Positions 24,866 through 36,850 of a stretch of 64,000 bases of DNA are shown here, one piece after another. Under the pieces are notes generated by a model. The model ran no database searches, was not told where the DNA came from, and was given only the letters and a program-made list of their open reading frames with translations. The position numbers were made by a program, and so were the translations under genes. The DNA is from Malacoraja senta (taxonomy: Eukaryota), in contig JAXLNO010004139.1 of the NCBI GenBank assembly GCA_038087875.1, positions 1-64,000 on the forward strand, read 5' to 3'. The first letter of the stretch is position 1. Each line of letters opens with the position of its first letter.

Positions 24866-27800
24866 ATGCATGACACCACACAAAAGAACCTAGGAGGAAT
24901 CTCATTTTGTAGTTGGAATATAAGAGGTATTAACGAACCTATCAAAAGGGGTAAGATATTAGCTCAGCTAAAAATGTATAATTCTGACATTACCTTCCTA
25001 CAAGAAACACACCTAAAACCTCAGGACCAAGTTAGGCTGAGGGCGAAATGGATAGGTCAAACATACCACTCTTCATTCACTTCAAAATCTAGAGGCACGT
25101 CAATTATCATAAGAAAAGGTATACCATTTAAAGCAAAGAATATTATAACAGATATAGAAGGGAGATACCTAATAGTTAATGGAGAAATCCATGACACTCC
25201 ACTTACTTTGGTAAATATATATGCCCCTAACTTTGATAACCCCCACTTTTTCAATAAAATCTTCAATATAACTGCAGAGTCAAACTATCAAAATGTTATA
25301 ATAGGCGGAGACTTTAACTGTGTTTTAGATCCGTACTTAGATAAATCAAGTCAAAAACAGAGAGGGAATATGAAATCGAAAACTGGGGAACTCCTCAATA
25401 CCTACATAAATAACACTAATATAGCAGATGTTTGGAGAATTGTGAATCCAACTGGCAGGGAATATTCGTTTTACTCAATGGTACATAAGACATACTCACA
25501 TATAGACTACTTTCTGCTGGATACAAAATTAATCCCCCAAACATCTAATGCAATATACCATACAAATTCAATTTCAGACCATTCTCCACTAACTTTCTTT
25601 TTAAAACTGGAAGGATTGTCTAAGAATAATTCATTCTGGAGATTTAACTCTCAAATTTTAAAAGATCCACAAGCGAGTATATATTTAAAAGAACAAATGG
25701 AGGTCTTTTTTCAAACAAATGATACTTCAGATATATCGCCTACTTTACTTTGGGAATCTTTTAAAGCATACATTAGGGGTATTATAATTTCATATCAAGC
25801 TTTTCAAAATAAAAAGAATAAGAATGAACAAAGACAGTTAGAAGAACTTATTAGACAAATGGATATAGATAATGCTAAAGATCCATCAATAGATAAACAT
25901 AATAAAATAATAATTTTAAAATTTAAATTAAATAAATTATTATCTGCCAAACTTATAAGACTTTTTCAAATTACAAAACAAGAGCACTTTGAATTTGGGG
26001 ATAAACCGCATAAACTTTTGGCTCGCCAGCTAAAAAAACGAGAAAAGGAACATACTATACCAAAGATCAAATCAGATAAAGGGGAATTATTAACAACACC
26101 GAAGGATATTAATAAAAGATTTGCGCAATTTTACGAGAATTTGTATACATCTAAAACGATAATTGATTCCAATAATATCACAAAGTTCTTGGATACCTGT
26201 AATCTTCCAAAGTTAGAGCTGAAGGAACAAGAGGAACTGGGTGCACAAATCTCAATTAAGGAATTAGAAGATACAATAAACTCACTAAAAAATGGAAAAA
26301 CACCAGGCCCTGATGGATTTACTAATGAATTTTATAAAAGCTTTTATGATAAAATAATACCAAGATTACAAAAAATGTACCAATACGCTTTTAAAAAACG
26401 AATACTACCTGATACATTAGCGGAATCAACGATTACATTAATACCTAAGAAAAATAAGGATTTAGAAGAACCTGGCTCATATAGAGCTATAGCATTGTTA
26501 AACACAGATCAAAAAATATTAGCGAAAACATTAGCCAGAAGATTAAGTAAATACATTAGTAAATTAATAAACCCAGATCAGACAGGGTTTATCCCTAAGA
26601 GATACTCTTCTAATAATATGAGACGTCTACTCAACATAATGCACTCACACAAATCTGAAGATCAAGAATTATCAATTATTTCGCTGGATGCTGAAAAAGC
26701 ATTTGATCAAGTAGAATGGAATTATATGGATAAAGTATTACAAAAATTTCAACTGGGAGAGAATTTTATTTTATGGATTAAGTTACTATATAACAAACCT
26801 ACAGCTAGAATACTTACTAATAACATATTATCCTCGAAATTTCAACTATCAAGGGGAAATAGACAAGGATGCTCATTATCACCACAGCTGTTTGCTCTCA
26901 TTATTGAACCGCTAGCAGAAAAAATTAGAATACACCCTGATATTCATGGATATAATACTAAAGACTCATATAATAAAATATCTTTATACGCGGATGATAT
27001 ATTATTGTATATTACAAAACCTCAAATCACTATACCAAATATATTAAATTTAATTGAAGACTTCGGATCTTTTTCTGGATATAGAATAAATTGGAATAAA
27101 AGTGAAATTATGTCAATAAAACCGAAAGATTCAACACATCTTTTAAAATTCCCTTTTAAAATAGCTACAGAAAAATTTAAATATTTGGGAATCGAAATTA
27201 CCAGAGCATATCAAGGTATGTTCAGGGCAAATTTTGACCCCCTACTTAATAAACTGAATACATTAATTAAATTCTGGAAAACGCTCCCGATGTCTTTAAT
27301 AGGCCGAATAAACGCAATAAAAATGATCTTTTTACCACAAATTTTATACCTATTTCAATCAATTCCTATATACTTACCTAAGAAGTTTTTTAAAAAACTC
27401 GACTCAGATATCACTAATTTTATATGGGACTATAAATCACATAGAATACAAAAAACCCATCTGAATAAATCTAAAGTATTGGGGGGTCTAGCACTACCTA
27501 ATTTTATGTATTATTATTGGTCAGTAAATATTAAAAACATGATTCAACTGATGGATAACTCCACCCAGCAAGTAGACTGGATTGTAATGGAGAAAGAGGA
27601 TTGCTCCTCTAGAAACATTGGAGCGATCCTCCTCTCTCCAATGAAATTGAATAACATAAACTATATAAGAACCCAATTATTCATAGTACAATCCGTATTT
27701 GGAAACAAATAAAACAAAATTTAAAATTAAGAAACTTATCACTTTTATTACCTATAGTCAATAACCCTTCGTTTAGTCCTTCTATTATAGATAAAGCTTA

Positions 27801-28656
27801 TACACAATGGGATAGACTAGGAATTAAAACGCTTGGTGACTTGTATGAAACTGGAAAATTACTTTCATTTCAACAATTACAAATAAAATATAAACTCGGA
27901 AATAATCAATATTTTAAATACTTTCAAATATGCGACTATTTGAAAAAATATACAAAAGATCATCATAATAACCCAGCAGATGTACTGGACGAGGCAATGC
28001 AGATAAAAGCGGAATCAGCAAACTTAATATCATATTTGTACAATATTATCTTAAATGCACAAATACCATCTACGGAGGGTATCAGAAGAGACTGGGAACA
28101 AGAGTTAGCTATTGAAATTTCAAAGGAAAGTTGGAATGAATACTTATTAAAAGTGCATAAATGCTCGATTAATGTAAGACACACTTTAATACAATTTAAA
28201 ATTTTACATAGATTATATTATTCGAAAACTAAAATTCATAAAATTTTCCCAAACGTATCATCTATTTGTGATAAATGTCAATCCCAAGAAGCAACTATAG
28301 CGCACTCATTTGTCTTCTGTACAAAAATTCAAAAATTTTGGAATGAAATTTTTGAAATCTTTACAAAGTTATTTAAAACAAGACTGATACCCAAAGCAGA
28401 ATGGATTATCTTCGGAATAACGGAAGATGATCCAGAACTAAATGTGTTTCAAAAGAAATTAATGGATTATGGGTTAATAACTGGAAAAAAGCTAATTCTA
28501 AAATTTTGGAAGAAGGCTCCAATACCAACTATAAATATGTGGATTTCAAATATGTTTGAAACATTACACCTTGAAGAGATAAGACTCCTCCTAGCAGGTA
28601 AACCAGATCACTTCCACCTGACGTGGTCTGCATTTATAGAATTATTACAAACATAG
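24866..28656 (+). pseudogene. L1 ORF2p (EN-RT-CCHC) with a single frameshift at ~27665
   Basis: SWNIRG, LQETH, GGDFN, SDH; LDAEKAFD, RQGC, YADD. After the shift the frame is open from 27661 (YKNPIIHSTIRIW...) to 28656 and includes CDKC...H...C. Confidence 0.93.
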
Positions 28657-29343
28657 GGTGCAAAAGTACTTTAAAAAAATAAAAAATTGAGGTCGGGTAA
28701 GGGGGGATGATAGTTGAAGAGTTGGTATGTCCTATTTACGTGATGCTCAAAAAAAAAAAAACATTTGTTTCTCTTTTTTTCTCTTTCTCTTTTCTTTTCT
28801 TAGGGCCTATTTCTTAACTCTTTTTCTTTTTGTTTTTAATTTCGCTCTTATAGGGTCTTCGTCCTTTTTTGTTGTTACATTTTCTACACTTTTCTACACT
28901 TGCACTTTTTCCTTCACTTTCTTCTCTCTTTCAATCTTTTCTTTCTCTAGTGTAAAAAAATAAATAAAGGGAGTACATACATTAATTGTAAGAAGATATA
29001 AATGACGAGTATTAATGTATGTGGTTGTAATGTAAGGTGTTTTTGCCACTCATTTTCATCGAGTCATGGGTTCAAACAACAGTTGTTTAATTATCAGTTC
29101 TGAACCATTGTTGCATTGGGGCACAATTGTTATTGCTTGTTGTAGAAATGCCCAGGGGTACTTTGTCATGAAATCCATTGTCTATGCTTCCTGACACCTT
29201 GCTTGATTCCCATTTTTCATCCCCAAACGAAGATGACTTTCCTTTGCGTAGGAACATCAGATGCTGGTTTAAACAGAAGATAGATGCAAAAAGCTGGAGT
29301 AACTCAGTGGGTCAGGCAGCATCTCTGGAGAAAAGGAATAGGT

Positions 29344-29371
29344 GACGTTTCGGGTCGAGACCCTTCTTCAG
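29344..29371 (-). ncRNA. Minimal (Penelope-type) hammerhead ribozyme core, best-preserved copy
   Basis: The minus strand reads CUGAAGA-A-GGGUCUCGACCC-GAAA-CGUC. Confidence 0.6.
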
Positions 29372-29513
29372 ACTGAGAGTCAGGGGAAAGGGAAACGAGA
29401 TATAGATGGTTGTATAGAGCAATATAGAACAAATGAATGGAAGATATGCAAAAAAGTAACGATGATAAAGGAAACAGGCCATTGGTAACTGTGTGTTAGG
29501 TGAGAACGAGTTA

Positions 29514-31044
29514 CATAGATACATAGATACATAGATACATAGAAAATAGGTGCAGGAGTAGGCCATTCGGCCCTTCGAGCCTGCACCGCCATTCAATATG
29601 ATCATGGCTGATCATCCAACTCAGTATCCCGTACCTGCATTCTCTCCATACCCCCTGATCCCTTTAGCCACAAGGGCCACATCTAACTCCCTCTTAAATA
29701 TAGCCAATGAACTGGCCTCAACTACCCTCTGTGGCAGAGAGTTCCAGAGATTCACCACTCTCTGTGTGAAAAAGTTTTTCCTCATCTCGGTCTTAAAGGA
29801 TTTCCCCCTTATCCTTAAGCTGTAACCCCTTGTCCTGGACTTCCCCAACATCGAGAACAATCTTCCTGCATCTAGCCTGTCCAACCCCATAAGAATTTTG
29901 TACGTTTCTATAAGATCCCCTCTCAATCTCCTAAATTCTAGCGAGTATAAGCCAAGTCTATCCAGTCTTTCTTCATATGAAAGTCCTGACATCCCAGGAA
30001 TCAGTCTGGTGAACCTTCTCTGCACTCCCTCTATGGCTATAATGTCCTTCCTCAGATTTGGAGACCAAAACTGTACGCAATACTCCAGGTGTGGTCTCAC
30101 CAAGACCCTGTACAACTGCAGTAGAACCTCCCTGCTCCTATACTCAAATCCTCTTGCTATGAAGGCCAACATACCATTCGCATTCTTCACTGCCTGCTGC
30201 ACCTGCATGCCTACTTTCAATGACTGGTGTACCATGACACCCAGGTCTCGCTGCACCTCCCCATTTCCTAATCGGCCACCATTTAGATAATAGTCTGCCT
30301 TCCCGTTTTTGCCACCAAAGTGGATAACCTCACATTTATCCACATTATACTGCATCTGCCAAACATTTGCCCACTCACCCAGCCTATCCAAGTCACCTTG
30401 CAGTCTCCTAGCATCCTCCTCACAGCTAACACTGCCCCCCAGCTTAGTGTCATCCGCAAACTTGGAGATGTTGCTTTCAATTCCCTCGTCCAGATCATTA
30501 ATATAAATTGTAAATAGCTGGGGTCCCAGCACTGAGCCTTGCGGTACCCCACTAGTCACTGCCTGCCATTGTGAAAAGGACCCGTTTACTCCTACTCTTT
30601 GCTTCCTGTTTGCCAGCCAGTTCTCTATTCACCTCAATACTGAACCCCCAATACCGTGTGATTTAAGTTTGAATCCTAATCTCTTATGTGGTACCTTGTC
30701 GAAAGCCTTCTGAAAGTCCAGATACAACACATCCACTGGTTCTCCCCTATCCACTCTACTAGTTACATCCTCGAAAAATTCTATAAGATTCGTCAGACAC
30801 GATTTACCTTTCGTAAATCCATGCTGACTTTGTCCAATGATTTCACCACTTTCCAAATGTGCTGCTATCCCATCTTTAATAACTGACTCTAGCAGTTTCC
30901 CCACTACCGATGTTAGACTAACTGGTCTGTAATTTCCCGTTTTCTCTCTCCCTCCCTTCTTAAAAAGTGGGGTTACGTTTGCTACCCTCCAATCCTCAGG
31001 AACTACTCCAGAATCTAATGAGTTTTGAAAAATTATCACTAATG
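29514..31044 (-). mobile_element. Young 5'-truncated CR1 with 8-bp TSD GAGTTACA
   Basis: RT ORF (YLDFQKAFD, QGSVLGP, FADD) with one nonsense codon near 30630; (CTATGTAT)n tail. GAGTTACA at 29508-15 and 31044-51. Confidence 0.95.
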
Positions 31045-32099
31045 AGTTACAGACAATGAGACTCAACAAGACGACTTTGAAGCTGGTACGACTTGGGTGG
31101 GGGAGGGATGGAGAGAGAGAGAGGAGATGCAAGGGTTACATGAAGTTAGAGACTATCCTTTTTTTCAGTCGCACGCTCCAAACCTTGTTCCAAATAAGTT
31201 CCCACTTCGGACCCAAACTCATTGTTTCATACGGCCTTCCTCTCGTATTAGTGGAATTGTAAAACAAGTATTAATAATTGTATTACCAAATAGGACATAT
31301 GGGGTGAATTCAGTAGGTCAGGCAGCGTATGGGGAAAGAGGAATAGTCAGGGTTTCGGCTCTTCAGCTTCCTCGTCAAATTGGGAAACTACTGTGTAGGA
31401 AGGAACTGCAGAGGCCGGATTATGCCAAAGATAAACACAAAATGTTGGAATCACTCAGCAGGCCAAGCAGCATCTCTGGAGAGAAGGAATGGTTGAATTT
31501 TCGGGTAGGAACTCTTCAGTCTGAAAAAGGGTTCGGACCCGAAACGTCGCATATTCCTTTTCTCCCGAGATGCTGGGAAACTAATATTCTAGATTTGAAT
31601 CATCACCCAAATCTTTTTTATTAAACTAACAAATGGATGTTCAATCTTATGCATTGATAGTGAATGACCACGTTTCACGTAGGGTGAGATGAACGCTATA
31701 TTAGCTGTTCCCCGCGCAGTCCGCACTAGTTTGCCAAGCCTCTTGTCACCATGTTCGCTCTGCGGGCCCCAACAAATTCATTCATCTGGAAAACCCAGAG
31801 ACAAAAAATGGTGTTAAGAATGGTGTTAGATTAAGGAGGGGCGGGATTACGTAAACAAACCCACAACAAAGGGGGCGGAATGTGACCTGTCACAACGAAA
31901 GAAAAAGAGAACCTTTTTTTTCTGCACAGCAAAAGCAAGATTTGCGAGCAGTCACTCAATGGACGAGATTTATCTAGGACATAGTCACTTTGTACTGGGG
32001 CAGAAGGGGAGTATCAGGAACTTCTAGAGGGGATATTCTATTTAATCCAACATTAAAGGTTATTATCAGATGTATTGGTCTTTATAACCTATTTTTTTA

Positions 32100-32198
32100 A
32101 AATTCTGATTATATGTTTTCTATAAATCTCTGTATGGTGTCCTTGAGACCTCGGTATAAGGCGCCCGTAAATAAAATCCATTATTATTATTATTATTA
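32100..32198 (+). mobile_element. Short L2 3' tail
   Basis: ...CCTTGAG...AGGCGCCCGTAAATAAAATCCA(TTA)n, similar to the L2 tail at 968. Confidence 0.65.
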
Positions 32199-33264
32199 AT
32201 AGTCTGCGCTGTAAATGCTTTGAATTTAATGCGATTACCCGCTCTATTCCAAAGGCCAAGGTGAGATTCCCACAGGTGTCTCCAGCATCAGGGGATCATT
32301 CCTGGCAGGCAGACTTGGCGAACCTTTTTTTACTCATCTTTTTTTTCTCTGTCCAGCTGTAAGAGTACCCACGGTAAACTCACGAGTCACTACGGTAAAC
32401 TCACGGGCTACTACGGTATTACAACGAGTTTAAAAGTTTCAAAATTTTCCTTCAAGAGTATATTTGACTCGTGGAAATCTTTCAACATGTTGAAGAATTT
32501 TCACGAGAACACGTTTCCCGAGTACCTGCCGTTAGCATTACGAGTCGCTAAGTTACGTCCACGAGCTCCGATGTTCCCGCTACGTTCATTCTACGTGATT
32601 ACCACGAGTTTGATTTGTTTTTAACTCGGGATAACTCGTAGGTGGACTCACACCGTGGGACAGGGGTTTTACACTTCTATACACACTAGGGACAATTTTA
32701 CATTTATATCAAGCCAAATAACCTACAAACCTGTACGTCTTTGGAGTGTATGAGGAAACTGAAGATCTCGGAGAAAACCCGCGTGGTCACCATACAGACA
32801 GCACCCTTGGTCGGGATCGAACCCAGGTCTCTGGCGCTGTAAGCACTGTGAAGCAGCAACACTACCGCTGCGCCACCGTGACGTGTATTCAACAGTTACC
32901 TTTTATCAAAAGCCAGGATTTTAAGTTGGTATTTTTATCCATCAACAACTGTCCAGAGCTTTCAATTTCATTAGTTCATTCTGAATAGGTACCAGTTTGC
33001 ATCATTTCCCAACATGGAGAAATGCAAAGTTATCAATGCACAGTGCACCAGATGGTATGGTGGCACCTTGGTAGAGTTGCTGCCTTCCAGCGACAGAGAC
33101 CCAGGTTTGATCCTGACTATGGGTGTTGTCTGTAAGCTGTTTGTACGTTTTCCCCGTGACCACGTGGGTTTTCTCCGAGATATTCGGTTTCCTCCCACAC
33201 TCCAAAGACGTACAGGTTTGTAGATTAATTGGCTTCCTCAAATTGTAAATTATCCCTAGTTTAC

Positions 33265-33622
33265 AAGATACAAGATACATTTATTTGTCACATGTACCAA
33301 TTGGTACAGTGAAATGTGTGGTCACCATACAGCCAAACAAATAATAAAGAGCACAGAACACGATCGGGCCGCGCCAATCCAGTTGGTAGGCCACGAGGAG
33401 GGGGGCGAGGACGCGACTCAGAGAATAGTCGCATCCTCGCCAGGAAGAGACTGGGAAACGGTTTCCCCCTTACCCTACCCCCCTCCCCCACATAGAAATA
33501 CAAAAAAATCCTCCAAATCCTCCAAAAAAAACCTCTGTACTTTTAAAACAGACTAAAAATTAAAAAAAGATAGAAAAACAGACTGTAGGCAGAGGCTGCC
33601 ATCAATGCGGCGCCCCTAGTGG
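33265..33622 (-). mobile_element. Non-autonomous retroposon with a Rex-like tail, inserted in a V-SINE
   Basis: The tail ATTTGTCACATGTACC...GGTACAGTGAA...CCATACAGCC is shared with the element at 215-523. Confidence 0.6.
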
Positions 33623-35385
33623 AGATTGTGCAGGATAGTGTTAATGTGCAGTTGGTCGGTGCGGACTCGGTGGGCTGAAGGACCTGCTTCTGCGCTGTAT
33701 CTCTAAGCTAAACTAATGCATATCTCACTATCCTGTGCTCAGTTCAGGTTTTATTTTGAGCGCTTTTTTTAAATTCCAAAAGAAAATCAAAATAATACAT
33801 TTTCCGGGCTATTTTTTTGAATCTTGCCATTAAATGGAGTTTAATTTACATTATGAATGACAGGTGAGCAACAAGCATCTCACCAGAATTATGAGTGAAA
33901 AAGCAGATTTGATCATAGTCTCTTTGTTTAAGTTGGAAAAGAGAGCCAAAGTATTATTTCTGGAGATAATTAATTCCTCCTTAAAATCTCTCTCTCTGTA
34001 AACAAAGAAATTACCTTCATTCCATGAAGTATTTTTATTTTGTCATAGCTATTAAAAACCCCACGTCAATACCAGAGTTGAGGTTTTGGGTGACATTAAA
34101 GGAAGCTGTGCACATCCACCACATAATTTCCCATCTATTAATTTGGAGATATCAACTACAATTAGATGCCAGGCTGTCAGAGCTGCCTCCCTTAGGAAAA
34201 CCTATCCACAACAGTCAGAAGGATCTGATGTCTCAGACATGGAGTTTGGAGTCTGATAACTAGGTGAGGTGGACCAGATGACAGTGACAACTGTGAAATC
34301 AAACTCAGATATAGTCTTTCAGCAGCAAAACATGAACAGAGGGAAAAGGATCAGGACACATCGATCCTGGAGCCTCCTTCGTCATTAAGCTAGATCATGG
34401 TAGCTCTTCTGATCAACTTTTTCACCATTTGCTTATTTGTTAACCACTGAAAGGTAAAAGAAAGCACATTGAAAAAACAATTATTTAAATAATTCAGTCT
34501 GAAGAATGGTCTCGACGCGAAACGTCACCCATTCCTTCTCTCCAGAGATGCTGCCTATCCCACTGAGTTACTCCAGCTTTTCGTGTCTTTACTTTAGCAT
34601 GTGTTTATTTAAAAATGTCTCGCGAGGACGGACACAAAATAATCAATTTATGACGATAATCTCTGACGTAAATGCTCACATTTCTCAACTGATTCTTTTC
34701 CCACAGCTTATGATTATAATTATCCAAGGCATTTTAAAGAGCTGATTCTTTGTAAGACAAAATTACATTCTGTGTTCTCTGCTACAATACTCTTATTGTT
34801 ATAACATAACATCTGATTTAACATGAGCACCATTATCATTAACCAAACAAATTAAATTTATGTGCTTCACTAGCACTTAATGTGACTTTCTTAGTATTCT
34901 GAACATTTGCTCCTTAAATCCATTGGGGGAGAAGGATTTGTAACTGATCAAAAATATACAAACCATGAAACAGCTGGCGTTTTGCACATAAGGGCTGTAG
35001 AATATACTTGTTCCGTGATTTAATGTGGTTAAAGAAACATTCTGAATAATCCAAGACATATAGTGTAATGCCACCACTTGCAAGGCATGTCAAAATCTTG
35101 TTCAAATGCCTGTGTGGAAAGATAACTTGGTTGAGATATGTGAGCGGTTATGTCAAGAGTGCAGTGAATTAAAGTGCAATTCCACCCAGCTGATCTCCAA
35201 TTTACAACCATTATTGATTATTTTGTGTCACTCCCCAGAGGAATGATATTCATTATCTTGACTCAAGATGAATTCAAATAGTACAGAATCATACAAAGTA
35301 ATATTTGCAATTAAATCAGGAGTACGTTTCTCAACTCAGAAAATGCATCAACCATCAGATAAAACGTCGAATTTATCATTTTTGC

Positions 35386-35632
35386 GAAGATAGACACAGT
35401 GCAGGAGTAACTCAATGGGTTAGGCAGCATCTCTGGAGAAAAAAATGGGTGACCTTTCGAGTCAGGACCCTTCTTCAGACTCCGAGAAGGACTCTGAATT
35501 TCAGACTTGGAGACTGAAGAAGGGTCCCCACCCGAAACGTCAGTCCGAAGAAGGGTCTTGACCTGAAACGTCGCCCATCCTTGTTTTCCAGAGATGCCTG
35601 ACCCGCTGAGTTACTCCAGCTTTTAGTGTCTA
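35386..35632. mobile_element. Penelope-derived fold-back element with three hammerhead-like cores
   Basis: Left arm 35386-35481 and inverted right arm 35542-35632. Tandem cores at 35514-35541 and 35545-35572. Confidence 0.8.
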
Positions 35633-36271
35633 TATTAGGCCAAATATTAGTCCCAATAATTAGTCCCACTAGACATTTTATGAGGCCTATATTAGTGCAG
35701 AAAAAGTCCCTTCGGCCCACCGAGTCCGTGCCGACCAATGATCATCTCTGCACATTAGCACTATCCTACAAGCTAGGGACAATTTTCAATTTTTTACCAA
35801 AGCCAATTAACTTACAGACCTGTAAGTCTTTAGAACGTGATCGGAACTCGAAGAAAACCCAAGCAGTCACGGGGAAAACGTAAAAACTCCGTACAGACAG
35901 CTCCCATAGCAGGATCGAACCTGTAAGGCAGCAACTCTACCACTGTGCTGCCCCAATATGTTTAAATAAATGGATAATTCTTTAAAAAAAAAGCCCTATC
36001 AAAAAGAAACTAGATTAACAACATTGAAGGTGCTACATAACTCTAGAGCGTTGGTACTTTGTGACACTCAAATGCATCTATCTGTGGTGTGGGTGTTAAG
36101 CTTACAGCAGTAAAATGGAGACTCGTTTTTCTGCTGGAAACTTTCCCCCTATCCCCGGCCCCATAATCCCTCTTCCCCATAATCTCCATCTACTTTCACA
36201 TTTCACTCCTTTACTCCTTTCCTTATCTGACAGACTTTTATATCCTTTTCCCTTCGAGCCTTTGTCACTAA

Positions 36272-36411
36272 AGGGGCTGTCCCACCGCGGCGACTTAATT
36301 TGCGAGTTTAGAACAGTTTGCCCTCGACTCAAACTCGCAGCATGGTCGACACGAGGTCCTAGGAGGTCCTATGAGGTCACTAGAACTCTCCTTCATGCGG
36401 CGGGGGGGGGG

Positions 36412-36447
<36 letters not shown>

Positions 36448-36510
36448 TGTGTGTGTATTTTCTTCTTCTTCTTAATTCGCGGATTAGGTCGCCGCAGTGG
36501 GACAGCCTCT
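36272..36510. mobile_element. PIF/Harbinger-type MITE containing a (TGCG)n microsatellite
   Basis: TIR AGGGGCTGTCCCAC / GTGGGACAGCCTCT; flanks TAA and TTA. Confidence 0.85.
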
Positions 36511-36850
36511 TTACTCCACCCATATACTGTTCATCACTCACACCTGTATCAACCTGTCACAGCTAGGCTTTGTCCCACTCCAGCTCTCTTCTGCAGCATT
36601 CTCCCCATACTTCAATCAGTTTGAAGAAGGCTTCCAACCCGAAACATCATCTGTCCATTCACTGAACAGATATTGCTACTAAAATATATATTGCACTAAT
36701 TCTCCAGGAATATGTCTGAGGAGCAGTAAAGGGTTAGGATGGTGGGTGTGGTTTTTACTCCAGAGGGTATATCAGTGAGACTTCTCAAACTGTTTGCCAT
36801 AACAGTGGCTGGAGCTTCATTCAGCCCCCTCCGTCGACCTGCTGTTAAAC

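Larger units (their letters stand above)
22793..29040 (+). mobile_element. Near full-length L1-clade LINE
   Basis: CpG-rich 5' UTR starting GACTTCCGG, ORF1, ~810-nt spacer, ORF2 and a T-rich 3' UTR. No poly(A) tail or 3' TSD is visible. Confidence 0.93.
29250..31150 (-). mobile_element. Penelope-derived element interrupted by CR1
   Basis: Terminal repeat with hammerhead core at 29250-29375. The 3' UTR continues at 31045-31150. Confidence 0.8.
22137..32668. mobile_element. 10.5-kb Harbinger-like TIR-bounded unit containing nested L1, CR1, Penelope-derived and L2 fragments
   Basis: ~70-bp inverted ends beginning CCCTGTCCCACGGTG, flanked by TAA / TTA. The V-SINE halves at 22045-22136 and 32669-32880 join exactly across it. 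Confidence 0.75.

Noticed and set aside
29040-29250. Minus-strand translation faintly like an integrase zinc-binding region
   Set aside because: Contains stops and the motif spacing is unconvincing; needs a profile search.
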